DNA of 64,000 bases from an uncultured delta proteobacterium (GTDB lineage Bacteria; Myxococcota_A; UBA9160; UBA4427): the NCBI GenBank assembly GCA_963822965.1, contig CAWGJT010000010.1:1-64000 (forward strand), in the 5' to 3' direction. A program made the translations under genes and the position numbers. Numbering within the stretch: position 1 is the first letter of the stretch; every line of letters starts with the position of its first letter. The notes under the pieces are model-generated. The model was not told the origin of the DNA, did not search any database, and saw nothing but the letters and a program-made list of their open reading frames with translations. This document shows positions 11,831-20,539 of the stretch, one piece after another.

Positions 11831-12187
11831 ATGTCGATCCTCGAGCTCCAGGAACGCGTCCGTCGCTTCTGCGAAGCCCGCGACTGGGACCAGTTCCACG
11901 GCGCCAAGGACCTCGCCATCGGCATCATCACCGAGGCGTCGGAGCTGCTCGAGCTCTTCCGTTTCCGCTCCGACCAGGAGGTGGAAGATCTCTTCCAGAA
12001 GCCCGACCGCCGGGCCGCCATCGAGGCCGAGCTCGCAGACGTCCTGATCTTCGTCCTGCGGTTCGCCCAGCGGTATGAGATCGACCTCTCCGAGGCGGTC
12101 CTTCGCAAGCTCGCCTCCAACGAAGAGAGGTACCCCGTGGAATCGTCACGAGGAAGCAACGAGAAGGCCCCTGGAGGCCGCTCGTGA
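11831..12187 (+). CDS. MazG-like nucleotide pyrophosphohydrolase (dCTP pyrophosphatase type)
   Basis: LQERVRRFCEARDWDQFHGAKDLAIGIITEASELLELF..ELADVLIF..KLASNEERYP. GGAGG RBS precedes ATG 11831. Confidence 0.9.
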   Translation: MSILELQERVRRFCEARDWDQFHGAKDLAIGIITEASELLELFRFRSDQEVEDLFQKPDRRAAIEAELADVLIFVLRFAQRYEIDLSEAVLRKLASNEERYPVESSRGSNEKAPGGRS

Positions 12188-14063
12188 GACTCTACTCCGG
12201 CCCTTCGACCCACTTCATCCGCGACAGCGTCCACAACCAGATCGCGGAGAAGCTGAAGTCGGCCTTCTTCCGCTACTACCGGTTCGAGCCGTCGAGGGGG
12301 GAGGTCCAGTCCTGGCGCAACTCGCTCCGCGCCACTGCCCAGGTCTTCGAGGAGGCCGGGCTCAAGGACCATGGGGTGATCCTCGAGTATCAGCTCCCCC
12401 AGACGTCCAAGCGGCTCGACTGCATGGTCTGCGGCAAGAACGGCCAGGAGGCCGACAACGCCGTCATCATCGAGCTGAAGCAGTGGGAGGGGGCCAGCGA
12501 GGCCGTCGGCGACAAGATGGTGACGACGTGGGTGGGCGGAGCCTCGCGTGAGGTCCTGCATCCGGCGGCCCAGGTGGGCGCAGTACCGGATGTACCTGGA
12601 GGACACCCACACCGCGTTCTACGAAGGGGCAGCGCCCGTCAGCCTGAGCGCCTGCTCCTACCTGCACAACTACCACCCCGAGGAGGGAGACGTCCTCCTC
12701 TCCGACGCCTTCGCGACCCTACTGGAGCTCAATCCTCTCTTCTCCGCGGACGACGTGGGGCGGCTCAAGGACTATCTGCGTCTCTCGCCTGGAGGCGGGC
12801 GACGGGCTGCCCGTGCTGAGGCGCATCGAGGAGAGCGCCTACCGGCCGAGCAAGAAGCTGATGGACCACGTCGGGAACTGTCATCAAGGGAAATCCGGCC
12901 TACGTGCTCCTCGACGAGCAGCTCGTCGTCTACGAGAAGGCGCTCCACTGCGCGCGCGAGGGCTTCCACGATCGCAAGAAGGCGGTCCTCATCGTCCGTG
13001 GCGGCCCGGGAACGGGGAAGTCCGTCATCGCCATCAACCTGATGGCCGATCTGCTGCTCCAGGGGTACAACGCACACTACGCGACGGGCTCGAAGGCGTT
13101 CACCGAGACCCTGCGGAAGGTCATCGGCGCACGCGGCTCGGTGCAGTTCAAGTACTTCAACTCCTACCAGGAGGCGGAGCCCGACGAGATCGACGTGCTG
13201 CATCTGCGACGAGTCGCATCGGATCCGCAGGCACAGCTGGAATCGCTTCACGAAGGCCTCGAAGCGGAGCGACAGGCACCAGATCGAGGAGCTGCTGAAG
13301 GCGGCGAAGGTGTCGGTCTTCTTCATCGACGACCGGCAGGTGGTGCGCCCGGACGAGGTGGGGTCCGTCGAGCACATCCGGGAGTACGCGGAGCGCGCGG
13401 ATGCCAGCGATCTTCGACTACCAGCTCGAGGCCCAGTTCCGCTGCGCCGGCTCCGACGGCTTCGTCAACTGGATCAGCAATACGCTAGGGGTGGCGCGCA
13501 CGGCGAACGTCCTGTGGGAGGGGAACGAGGCCTTCGACTTCCGGATCGTGCCTTCTCCCGAGGAGCTCGACTCGTTGATCCGCGCGAAGGCCGCGGAGGG
13601 ATGCAGCGCCCGGCTGACGGCCGGCTTCTGCTGGCCCTGGTCGAAGGCGAACCCCGACGGGACGCTCGTCGACGACGTCGTGGTCGGCGGCTTCAAGCGC
13701 CCCTGGAACGCGAAGCACGAGGCCCAGCGGCTCGCCCCCGGCATCCCGAAGGCCCACCACTGGGCCCACGATCCGGGCGGGCTCGACCAGGTGGGCTGCA
13801 TCTACACCGCCCAGGGCTTCGAGTTCGACTACGTCGGCGTGATCTGGGGGCCGGACCTGGTCTACGACTTCGAGCAGCAGGCCTGGAAGGGCGACAAGAA
13901 GCACTCCTACGACACGGTGGTCAAGCGCTCGAAGGAGCAGTTCACCGATCTCGTGAAGAACACCTACCGGGTGCTCCTGAGCCGTGGCCTGAAGGGCTGC
14001 TACGTGTACTTCATGGACCGCCCGACGGAGCACTTCGTGCGCAGCCGGATGGAGCGCGGGTGA
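12184..14063 (+). CDS. DUF2075 (Schlafen group-3-like) nuclease-helicase (frameshifted)
   Basis: N-terminal EYQLPQTSKRLD..IIELKQW..HP..Q; Walker A GGPGTGKS; QFRCAGS, RLTAGFCWPW, VGCIYTAQGFEFDYVGVI, NTYRVLLSRG. GTGA overlap with the MazG-like stop. Confidence 0.88.
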
Positions 14064-15358
14064 GACGACAGGCCCGGGTGCGTCGGCTGCGCAACGTCTT
14101 CGATCAGTACAGCCAGCCCGAGAACCAGCTGACTCATGCGCTGGCCACCGCCCTCTACGAGGACGAGCGTCTGCTGCGACGCTTCGTGCGGGACGTCGCC
14201 GGCATCCGCGGCGCGTTGCCGTCGGGGCTCGAGATCGTCGAGCAGTGCCTCCCGGGCGAGCATCCCGTGGACGAAGAAGACGACCGGGCGAAGGGCCTCC
14301 CCGACGCGTGCATCCACGACGGAGACTCCTGGGCTCTGCTGATCGAGAGCAAAGTGGCCAGCCCGCTCACACGAGACCAGCTCGATCGCCACATGGCCAC
14401 CGCCCGCCGGCGCGGGTTGACAGAAATCGTGATGATGGTGATCACGGTCGACGATCACCCCGTGCGCCTTGCCGCCGGTACCATCGATGAGAGATGGTCT
14501 GCGATCTATGCGTGGCTCCGCCGCCAGCGCGATTCCGAGTGGGCCCGCCGGGCGGCCGACTTCATGGAAGTGGCGGAAGCACGCTGGTCGGGTGGCGTAT
14601 ACCTGAAGGAGGGTACCTTGACCGAGTTTGCGGGCTTCCCCTTCGGGCCGGGCAACGAATACAACTACCCCGAAGCGAAGCGCGTCCTGCGTCTTGCGAT
14701 GCAGGAGCTTCGCGGCCGACGGGAGCTCGAGAGGAAGCTCGATGCCGACCTGGCAGCAGAGGGACGGTCGGCAATCACAGGGAAAGCGGCGAGTGCGGTG
14801 TGGGACTTCATCCCCCTGCGAGGGGCGCGAGCGAACGACGCGTTCACGAAGCGCCCGCACCTGACGCTCTCGATCGAGAGCGATTCCGTGACGGCGTTCA
14901 TCACGTTGCCCAACGGCATGGCTACGTCTCTGCGGCGCAACCTGATCGATCTCGGCGAAGAGGGGTTCTTGGAAGTCGTCGGGAAGGTCGAAGCGAATCT
15001 TCGCGGCGTCCTCCGCCAGGTTCCCGACGCCGTACCTTGGTTCCGAGCGCTTCAACGCCACTATCGCTCGCAGCGAGCGGTCCCCACCGTCGATGCCGAC
15101 CTGCAGTTCGACCTGCGCACCGCGGTCTCACGCGGCAAGGCCAAGGCCCGCAGCCGCGTTTCAGTACAGAGCCAATGGCTCCGCGCTGCCTTCGACGTGT
15201 GCGCCCACCGCCGCTCGAACTACCAGATCCAGATCGGTGCACGGTTTCCGTTCGGGGCCGGAGCCACGAAGCTCGGCACCCGGGATGCGACGGTGCTCGT
15301 GAGTGACGCATGGATCGCGTGCAAGCCGATCCTGCGGGCGGCGCTGGGCGACTTGTAA
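14060..15358 (+). CDS. Putative PD-(D/E)XK nuclease
   Basis: RNVFDQYSQPENQLTHAL..GLPDACI..LLIESKV..QLDRH. GTG 14060 overlaps the TGA of the DUF2075 gene. This is the 3' part of ORF 13310..15358. Confidence 0.7.
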   Translation: MRRQARVRRLRNVFDQYSQPENQLTHALATALYEDERLLRRFVRDVAGIRGALPSGLEIVEQCLPGEHPVDEEDDRAKGLPDACIHDGDSWALLIESKVASPLTRDQLDRHMATARRRGLTEIVMMVITVDDHPVRLAAGTIDERWSAIYAWLRRQRDSEWARRAADFMEVAEARWSGGVYLKEGTLTEFAGFPFGPGNEYNYPEAKRVLRLAMQELRGRRELERKLDADLAAEGRSAITGKAASAVWDFIPLRGARANDAFTKRPHLTLSIESDSVTAFITLPNGMATSLRRNLIDLGEEGFLEVVGKVEANLRGVLRQVPDAVPWFRALQRHYRSQRAVPTVDADLQFDLRTAVSRGKAKARSRVSVQSQWLRAAFDVCAHRRSNYQIQIGARFPFGAGATKLGTRDATVLVSDAWIACKPILRAALGDL

Positions 15359-15425
15359 GAGCCGCCGTCCGGCTCGATCTCTGCCAGCGAATATCAATCG
15401 AGCGCGAAAGGCTGAATCTCGGATC

Positions 15426-16124
15426 TCATCGGTCGAGCGAAGCTGCGCCGGATCTACCTTGAGCTCTGTGTACGGATCGTCGGACAAAGGGCAGACATGC
15501 CAAGCCAAGGGCAAGCGTCACGAAGGTTCCCGGCTCGGGCACCGAGTTGAGCGCCGCAGCACCCATGGGATCGGCGGAGCGGGATGCCAGATTGTCCACG
15601 AGATGGATCCGGAACCGATCCGAAGTGGCTCCCGCTGCGAGGCCGAAGTCCGATAGGTCGATCTCTACCACGTAGATCTGCAGGGTGGTGTCGCCCAGTG
15701 GGTCTGGGAACCCCGTGGCGACCGGGTCGAGATAGGCGAACGGCGAGAAGGAGACGCCGTCGAAGATCGAGACCCCGAACCGCTCGTTCGGATCAGGGGT
15801 ACCCGGCGCCGGACCGCTTCCCGATCGCTCGAAGATCACGAGGTCGGTGCCGTCGCCGTTTAGCATGAGGTTGTCCTCGAAGACCAGCTCGATCACCGCC
15901 TCATCGGGCGTGATCACTCGGATGCTGGGACCGAGATCGGGGCCGACGAGAACGGATTGGACCTCCTCCTCGGTTGTCCCGGTCACGGTTCCCAACACGA
16001 GCGATGCCGAATCGACGAAGGCGCGCTCTCCATCGGCGAAAACGAAGCCGGCAACTTCGAGCGGTGTGGCATCGACGCGCCCCGCCACGAGGGCGATCGA
16101 GACGATGATGAGCGTGATTCGCAT
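15426..16124 (-). CDS. PEP-CTERM sorting-domain secreted protein
   Basis: GGAGG RBS, signal peptide MRITLIIVSIALVAGRVDA, and C-terminal VPEPGTFVTLALGLACLPFVRR. Confidence 0.85.
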   Translation of the reverse strand: MRITLIIVSIALVAGRVDATPLEVAGFVFADGERAFVDSASLVLGTVTGTTEEEVQSVLVGPDLGPSIRVITPDEAVIELVFEDNLMLNGDGTDLVIFERSGSGPAPGTPDPNERFGVSIFDGVSFSPFAYLDPVATGFPDPLGDTTLQIYVVEIDLSDFGLAAGATSDRFRIHLVDNLASRSADPMGAAALNSVPEPGTFVTLALGLACLPFVRRSVHRAQGRSGAASLDR

Positions 16125-16274
16125 GGAGTCCTCCACATCGCGATTGCTTCGATGAGGGGGGGCGGCGGCGCGGGTGTGTATAGGACGGTGGTCCCGAATT
16201 TGCACGAACTTCGTCGCGCTGGCCGCGGCCAACGCGGCGAGCGACTGCGGAGCTTGACGCCGCCCATCCAGCCG

Positions 16275-17084
16275 CTAGAGGCGTCTCCTCCTACGGGCCC
16301 GGTGTCGTCGCAGCGCCTCCGTACGGGACAATCGCAGGACGGGACGCGGCTGAAAGACCGACGGTAACACCGGAGTTCGAGGCCGCTTGTCATACGCGAC
16401 CAATCCGCTGAAGGCCTTCACGAACCAACCAAACTCGCGAGCTTTCCGTGTAGCCGCTGGCCGATGGCTTTCGATGAACGTCGCGCGCGGAAAGGGCGTG
16501 GCGTACGCCCACGTATCGTGGCTCTCGGGCCACAGCCACCAAAGCTCCTGCTCATCGCCGAGGTCGAAGAACACGTGCGCAGTGCTTCCTGCCCAATCCC
16601 TTAGCAGTGCGCCCTCGTGCACCCAAACCCTCCTTACTTGCGGATTCCGGGTGACCTGTATGCCCTCTTCCCAGGCCGTGAGGAATCGAGCGCTATCCCG
16701 ATTTCGCCTCAGCCCATCCACTACCCAAACCAGCTTTGGGCCGTAGAAGGCTTCGCGAGATCGACGCTCATCAGGCTTGATGTACGAGTGCTGGAACTCA
16801 ATTGCCCAGCCTCGATCGGTCTTCACGTCTGCGATGTGTGGCTCGCCGTCGTCGGCGTTCTGGACGAACTCCTGCCAATCAACGGGAAACAGGTCCTTCC
16901 AGTTGCGGTGCCACTCTGTTTCATTCTCCCACCACCGATCGCAAAGGCGACGCCCTCGATGGGCCCAGTGCCGAACACGGACCTCTCCGCACTTTGCAAC
17001 CATCGGAGCCCCGCAGGCTCGACACTCGCCTGTAAGACCAAGCTGAGCTTCTTGGCGTCGCCCATTCACGAAAGCGAATTTCAT
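16275..17084 (-). CDS. CoiA-like nuclease family protein
   Basis: GGAG RBS. ECRACGAPMVAKCG..HWAH..ENETEWHRNWK..HIADVKT..IEFQHS..R..FY...VWVVDG. Confidence 0.8.
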   Translation of the reverse strand: MKFAFVNGRRQEAQLGLTGECRACGAPMVAKCGEVRVRHWAHRGRRLCDRWWENETEWHRNWKDLFPVDWQEFVQNADDGEPHIADVKTDRGWAIEFQHSYIKPDERRSREAFYGPKLVWVVDGLRRNRDSARFLTAWEEGIQVTRNPQVRRVWVHEGALLRDWAGSTAHVFFDLGDEQELWWLWPESHDTWAYATPFPRATFIESHRPAATRKAREFGWFVKAFSGLVAYDKRPRTPVLPSVFQPRPVLRLSRTEALRRHRARRRRRL

Positions 17085-17257
17085 GTTTGGATCTCCTGTC
17101 CCAGCCGCCTCCCGCCTCAGCCTGTACACAGCACCATCGATCGAACGCCCCGAATGGGGGAATTCGCTGAAGGTGGTGTGTGGCGGTGACGGATGCGGTC
17201 ACAGCGGTCGGGAGAAGTCCCAGAGGCCAAGGGCCACGCCGCCGCTCCCGATGCATC

Positions 17258-17299
17258 CGACTAATCCATTGGTCCCAGGTTCGAGCCTCGGAGGGCCCA
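17258..17299 (+). other. Degenerate tRNA 3'-half remnant (att-like scar)
   Basis: cgactaatccattggtcccaggttcgagcctcggagggccca matches an anticodon-loop 3' side, variable GGTC, T-loop GGTTCGA and acceptor GGGCCCA. The T-stem is imperfect, and there is no 5' half or CCA. Confidence 0.6.
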
Positions 17300-17500
17300 G
17301 GACCTGTCTCCGTCTCAGCGCGCGCCCCGTCGGGATCCGGCTACGGCGAGAGATAAGAGCAAGTCAGAATGCCTCCAAGTGCTCGGTTTTACATCGTTTT
17401 CGATGACGGGCCGGTCAGTCGGCAAGTCCCTTATGAAGGCTTCCACTTCCCTATCCTTCCATGCGTCATCGGCAGCCAGTCGGGCGCCTGGGGACGGTCA

Positions 17501-18437
17501 GTGAAGGCGTACATTGGAATCACCGACTACGAGTGGTATCGGCTGCTGTCGAGCCGCCCGCATCTCGACGAGCTGAACTTCTGGCAGCCCGGTGGCAAGC
17601 ACATCTTCCGCGCGCTCCAACCAGGAGAGAATCTTCCTCTTCAAGCTCCACGCTCCGCGGAACGTGGTCGTTGGCGGTGGCTTCTTCGCCCACGCGACGA
17701 GGCTTCCGGTGCGTCTTGCCTGGGAGGCCTTCGGCGAGGCGAACGGAGCGACCTCGCTCGCCGAGATGCGCGCCCGCATCGAGAAGTACCGAAAGACTGC
17801 CGCGCAGCCGCACGAGGACTACACGATCGGCTGTATCCTGCTGGAGCAGCCCTTCTTCCTGCCCGAACGCCTCTGGATTCCCGCGCCGCCGGACTGGCAC
17901 CCGAACATCGTCCAGGGGAAGAGCTACGACCTCCTCGCGGAGCCGGGGCGGGCGCTGTGGGGCCAGGTCGAAGCGGCCCTTCGGGCGCGAGGCGCGGCGC
18001 AGGAGTGGCCGGCGGAGTGGCGCGAATCCGACCAGCCCCGCTTCGGCGAGATGACCCTGGTGCGGCCGCGGCTTGGCCAGGGCAGCTTCCGGATCCTCGT
18101 AACCGATGCCTATGAGCGGCGGTGCGCGGTTACGGGCGAGCGCGTCCTACCGGTGCTCGAGGCAGCCCACATCCGGCCCTACGCCAGCGGCGGCGAGCAT
18201 CGCGTGGACAATGGTCTGCTTCTCCGAAGTGATCTCCACACGCTCTTCGATCGCGGCTACATGACCGTCACGCCGTCGCTCGAGCTGGAAGTGAGCCACC
18301 GCATACGCGAGGACTTCGAGAACGGCCGCCACTACTACGCACTGCATGGAGAGGGGGTCAGAGCGCCCGTCGAGAAGGCCCAACGGCCGTCATCCGACTT
18401 CCTGCGCTGGCACAATGACGAGGTCTACCTCGGCTGA
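17501..18437 (+). CDS. HNH endonuclease with N-terminal putative recognition domain (predicted restriction nuclease; frameshift near 17630)
   Basis: VKAYIGITDYEWY..LNFWQPGG, then FLFKLHAPRNVVVGGGFF. C-terminal RLGQGSFR..AYERRCAVTG..LEAAHIRPY..NGLLLRSDLHTLFDRG. Confidence 0.85.
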
Positions 18438-18606
18438 ACTCCGCGATGCGCAGTGCGTAGCTCCTCGCGCGCCATACAGGGCGACAGGCGCTGTCATTCC
18501 CGAAGGGGGGCTCGCGGCTTGTAGCGGGGCCAGTCAAGGTTCGGGTCCGAACCTCCAATAGTGGTGGCCGCTGCTAAGAGTTCGTTGCCCCCGGCCAAGG
18601 CACCCG

Positions 18607-18676
18607 ATGGCGCGCGGCAACACCGGATCCTACCTGGAGACCGCCGTCGGCGGGGAACGGGTTCGCGCGTTCGTCT
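18607..18676 (+). pseudogene. Fic-family protein, N-terminal fragment
   Basis: My translation from ATG 18607 gives MARGNTGSYLETAVGGERVRAFV, the usual N-terminus of Fic/DUF4172-type proteins. It then diverges and stops. Confidence 0.6.
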
Positions 18677-18845
18677 ATCCGGCCTGTCGATATACCCGCG
18701 CAACGAATGCATGCTGACTGCTGCAGACAGCGAACGTGCCCAGCCGGCGCTGGAGGACGCTGCCGCACTGGGCGGCCCAGTTCGCCGCTTTTGCCTCGTG
18801 CCCCCAGGGGACCGGGGTCAAGGGGTGGTTGTCGCTGGTCGATAT

Positions 18846-18890
18846 TGTCAATACACTTGTATTGACATAAATCATCTCGCCTTCTAGGAT
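18846..18890 (+). promoter_or_regulatory. Sigma70 promoter with overlapping palindromic operator
   Basis: TTGACA (18862-67), 17-nt spacer, TAGGAT (18885-90). The perfect inverted repeat TGTCAATAC-actt-GTATTGACA (18846-67) covers the -35. ATG lies 7 nt downstream. Confidence 0.75.
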
Positions 18891-18897
18891 GGCCGCC

Positions 18898-19398
18898 ATG
18901 AAGAGAACGGAGCACAAGACTCAGCAGCTTCAGATTCGGGTTTCTGAAGCTCAGAAGAGCGCAATTCGAGCGAGCGCCGCCAGGGCCGGAATGAGCATCT
19001 CCGACTGGGTCTTGACGAAGCTCGTTCCGCCGGCCCGGGACAAGTTTCAGGCGCTGACAGCAGCCATCGCTTCCTCCGATGAAGCCGGATACGAGTTTGC
19101 TGAGCTGCTGGAATATCTGGGATCGCTTGGCGCTCACGAGTTCGAGGAAGCAGTATCCGAGCCGCCCCACTGCGCACTCGATTCGTACTGGTCGAACTAC
19201 ATCGCGGGTGCTGTCGAACACACTGCGGCGATCAAGCACGTCTCGGTTCCTCTGTGGACTCGGGACGTGAAGCCACTCGAGGACCCCGCATTCGGCTCGG
19301 ATCTTCAGAGCGTCAGGCTGTATTTGCTTACCCACTCTCCGCCCGCATTCAGCCATCGGAACATCTTCATCGACGCCACTGTTGGCAGCCAGGTCTGA
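18898..19398 (+). CDS. RHH (DUF1778-like) antitoxin-like protein
   Basis: KTQQLQIRVSEAQKSAIRASAARAGMSISDWVL ribbon-helix-helix. C-terminus W....PLEDP.F..L..SPPAFSHRNIFID. Confidence 0.7.
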   Translation: MKRTEHKTQQLQIRVSEAQKSAIRASAARAGMSISDWVLTKLVPPARDKFQALTAAIASSDEAGYEFAELLEYLGSLGAHEFEEAVSEPPHCALDSYWSNYIAGAVEHTAAIKHVSVPLWTRDVKPLEDPAFGSDLQSVRLYLLTHSPPAFSHRNIFIDATVGSQV

Positions 19399-19400
19399 GG

Positions 19401-19934
19401 GTGGCGCGGTTCTCGCGGGAGCGAATTCTCGAACTCCTCGAGGCTCTGAACGACGAGCTCAGGAAGCGAGGCACGCGGGGTGCGCTCTACATGGCTGGGG
19501 GTGCAGTGATGTGCCTCGCGTTCGAGGCTCGAGACTCGACCAAGGATATCGACGCCGATCTTCAGCCGACGAGCGAGATCCTGGACGCGGCCCTGAAGGT
19601 CGCCGATCGAGAGGGGCTGCCCGAAACGTGGCTGAACAACGCGGTGAAGGGTTTTCTGAGCGACCACGGCTCCTACGAGAAATTCCGCGAGATGAGCAAT
19701 CTGACCGTCTTTGCGGCGCAGGCCGAATACATGCTTGCAATGAAGTGTCTCGCGATGCGGATGGGGGAGGGCTTCCATGATGAGGCGGACATCCGCTACC
19801 TCGTCCGCTACCTGGAAATCCGGAAGTACCAGGATGCACTCGGAGTGATCCGCAAGTTCTATCCACTGGAGAAGTATCCGAAGACAGCTCTTGCGGTCTT
19901 GCGTGAGCTGACTGACCGACAACCTTCGAGCTAG
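19401..19934 (+). CDS. DUF6036-like nucleotidyltransferase (toxin-like)
   Basis: LYMAGGAVM..RDSTKDIDA (GG..DxD), WLNNAVKGF, YMLAMK..R..D.ADI. Starts 2 nt after the RHH gene. Confidence 0.8.
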   Translation: MARFSRERILELLEALNDELRKRGTRGALYMAGGAVMCLAFEARDSTKDIDADLQPTSEILDAALKVADREGLPETWLNNAVKGFLSDHGSYEKFREMSNLTVFAAQAEYMLAMKCLAMRMGEGFHDEADIRYLVRYLEIRKYQDALGVIRKFYPLEKYPKTALAVLRELTDRQPSS

Positions 19935-19969
19935 GGCCGGCCCCCAAGTCGTGTGCGCAGCATGGCGGG

Positions 19970-20400
19970 TGTACCTGAGCCTCCACTTCCAGCAGGACCG
20001 CGAGAGCTACTACGAGCTGCTCGACCGCGTGCGCACGCGCGGGGATTGGGAAGCGTGGCTGTCCTTCTACCTGGAAGGCGTTCGCAGCGTGGCGGAGGGC
20101 GCGGTCGCGACGGCCGAGCGTCTGACTGCAATGCTCGCGGAGCACCGCGCGGCGATCGAGCAGCAGGGCCGCCGCGCCGGCTCGGCCCTACGGGTGCACG
20201 GCGCGCTCGCAGCCCGGCCGATCGAGTCGATGCCCTCGCTCTGCACCGCGACCGGACTCTCCTTCCCGGCCGTATCGTCCGCCGTCGCGCTCCTCGAAGA
20301 CCTCGGGGTCGTGCGCGAGCTCACGGGCAAGCGTCGCAACCGGCTCTTCGTCTACGATCGCTACCTGGCGCTGCTGAGCGAAGGCACCGAGCCGTTGTGA
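19970..20400 (+). pseudogene. Fic-family protein, C-terminal fragment
   Basis: YLSLHFQQDRESYYELLDRVRTRGDWEAWLSFYLEGV..ELTGKRRNRLFVYDRYL. The HPFxDGNGR core is absent. Confidence 0.85.
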
Positions 20401-20539
20401 GCCGACTCGGTTCGTGAGAGGGCGACCATGGAATTCCGCATCGCCGACGAGCCCCGGCCGCCCCGCCGCTTGAAGTCATCGGGGCCGACATCCGGGCGAG
20501 CGAGGGGCACGTCATGACGATGCTGGGCGAGGAGGCACC

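Noticed and set aside
11408..12187. True fusion of the MTase-like protein and the MazG-like protein
   Set aside because: The MazG-like gene has its own GGAGG and ATG at 11831, and the region is indel-rich, so the read-through is probably artefactual. Not fully excluded.
1..14063. Programmed frameshifting or phase variation as the cause of broken ORFs
   Set aside because: The breaks are too numerous and do not sit at consistent slippery or homopolymer sites.
13310..15358. Single 682-aa protein
   Set aside because: It is a chimera of a DUF2075 fragment, out-of-frame sequence and the nuclease starting at 14060.
17220..17305. Intact tRNA gene
   Set aside because: No 5' acceptor or D-arm, incomplete anticodon loop, mispaired T-stem and no CCA.
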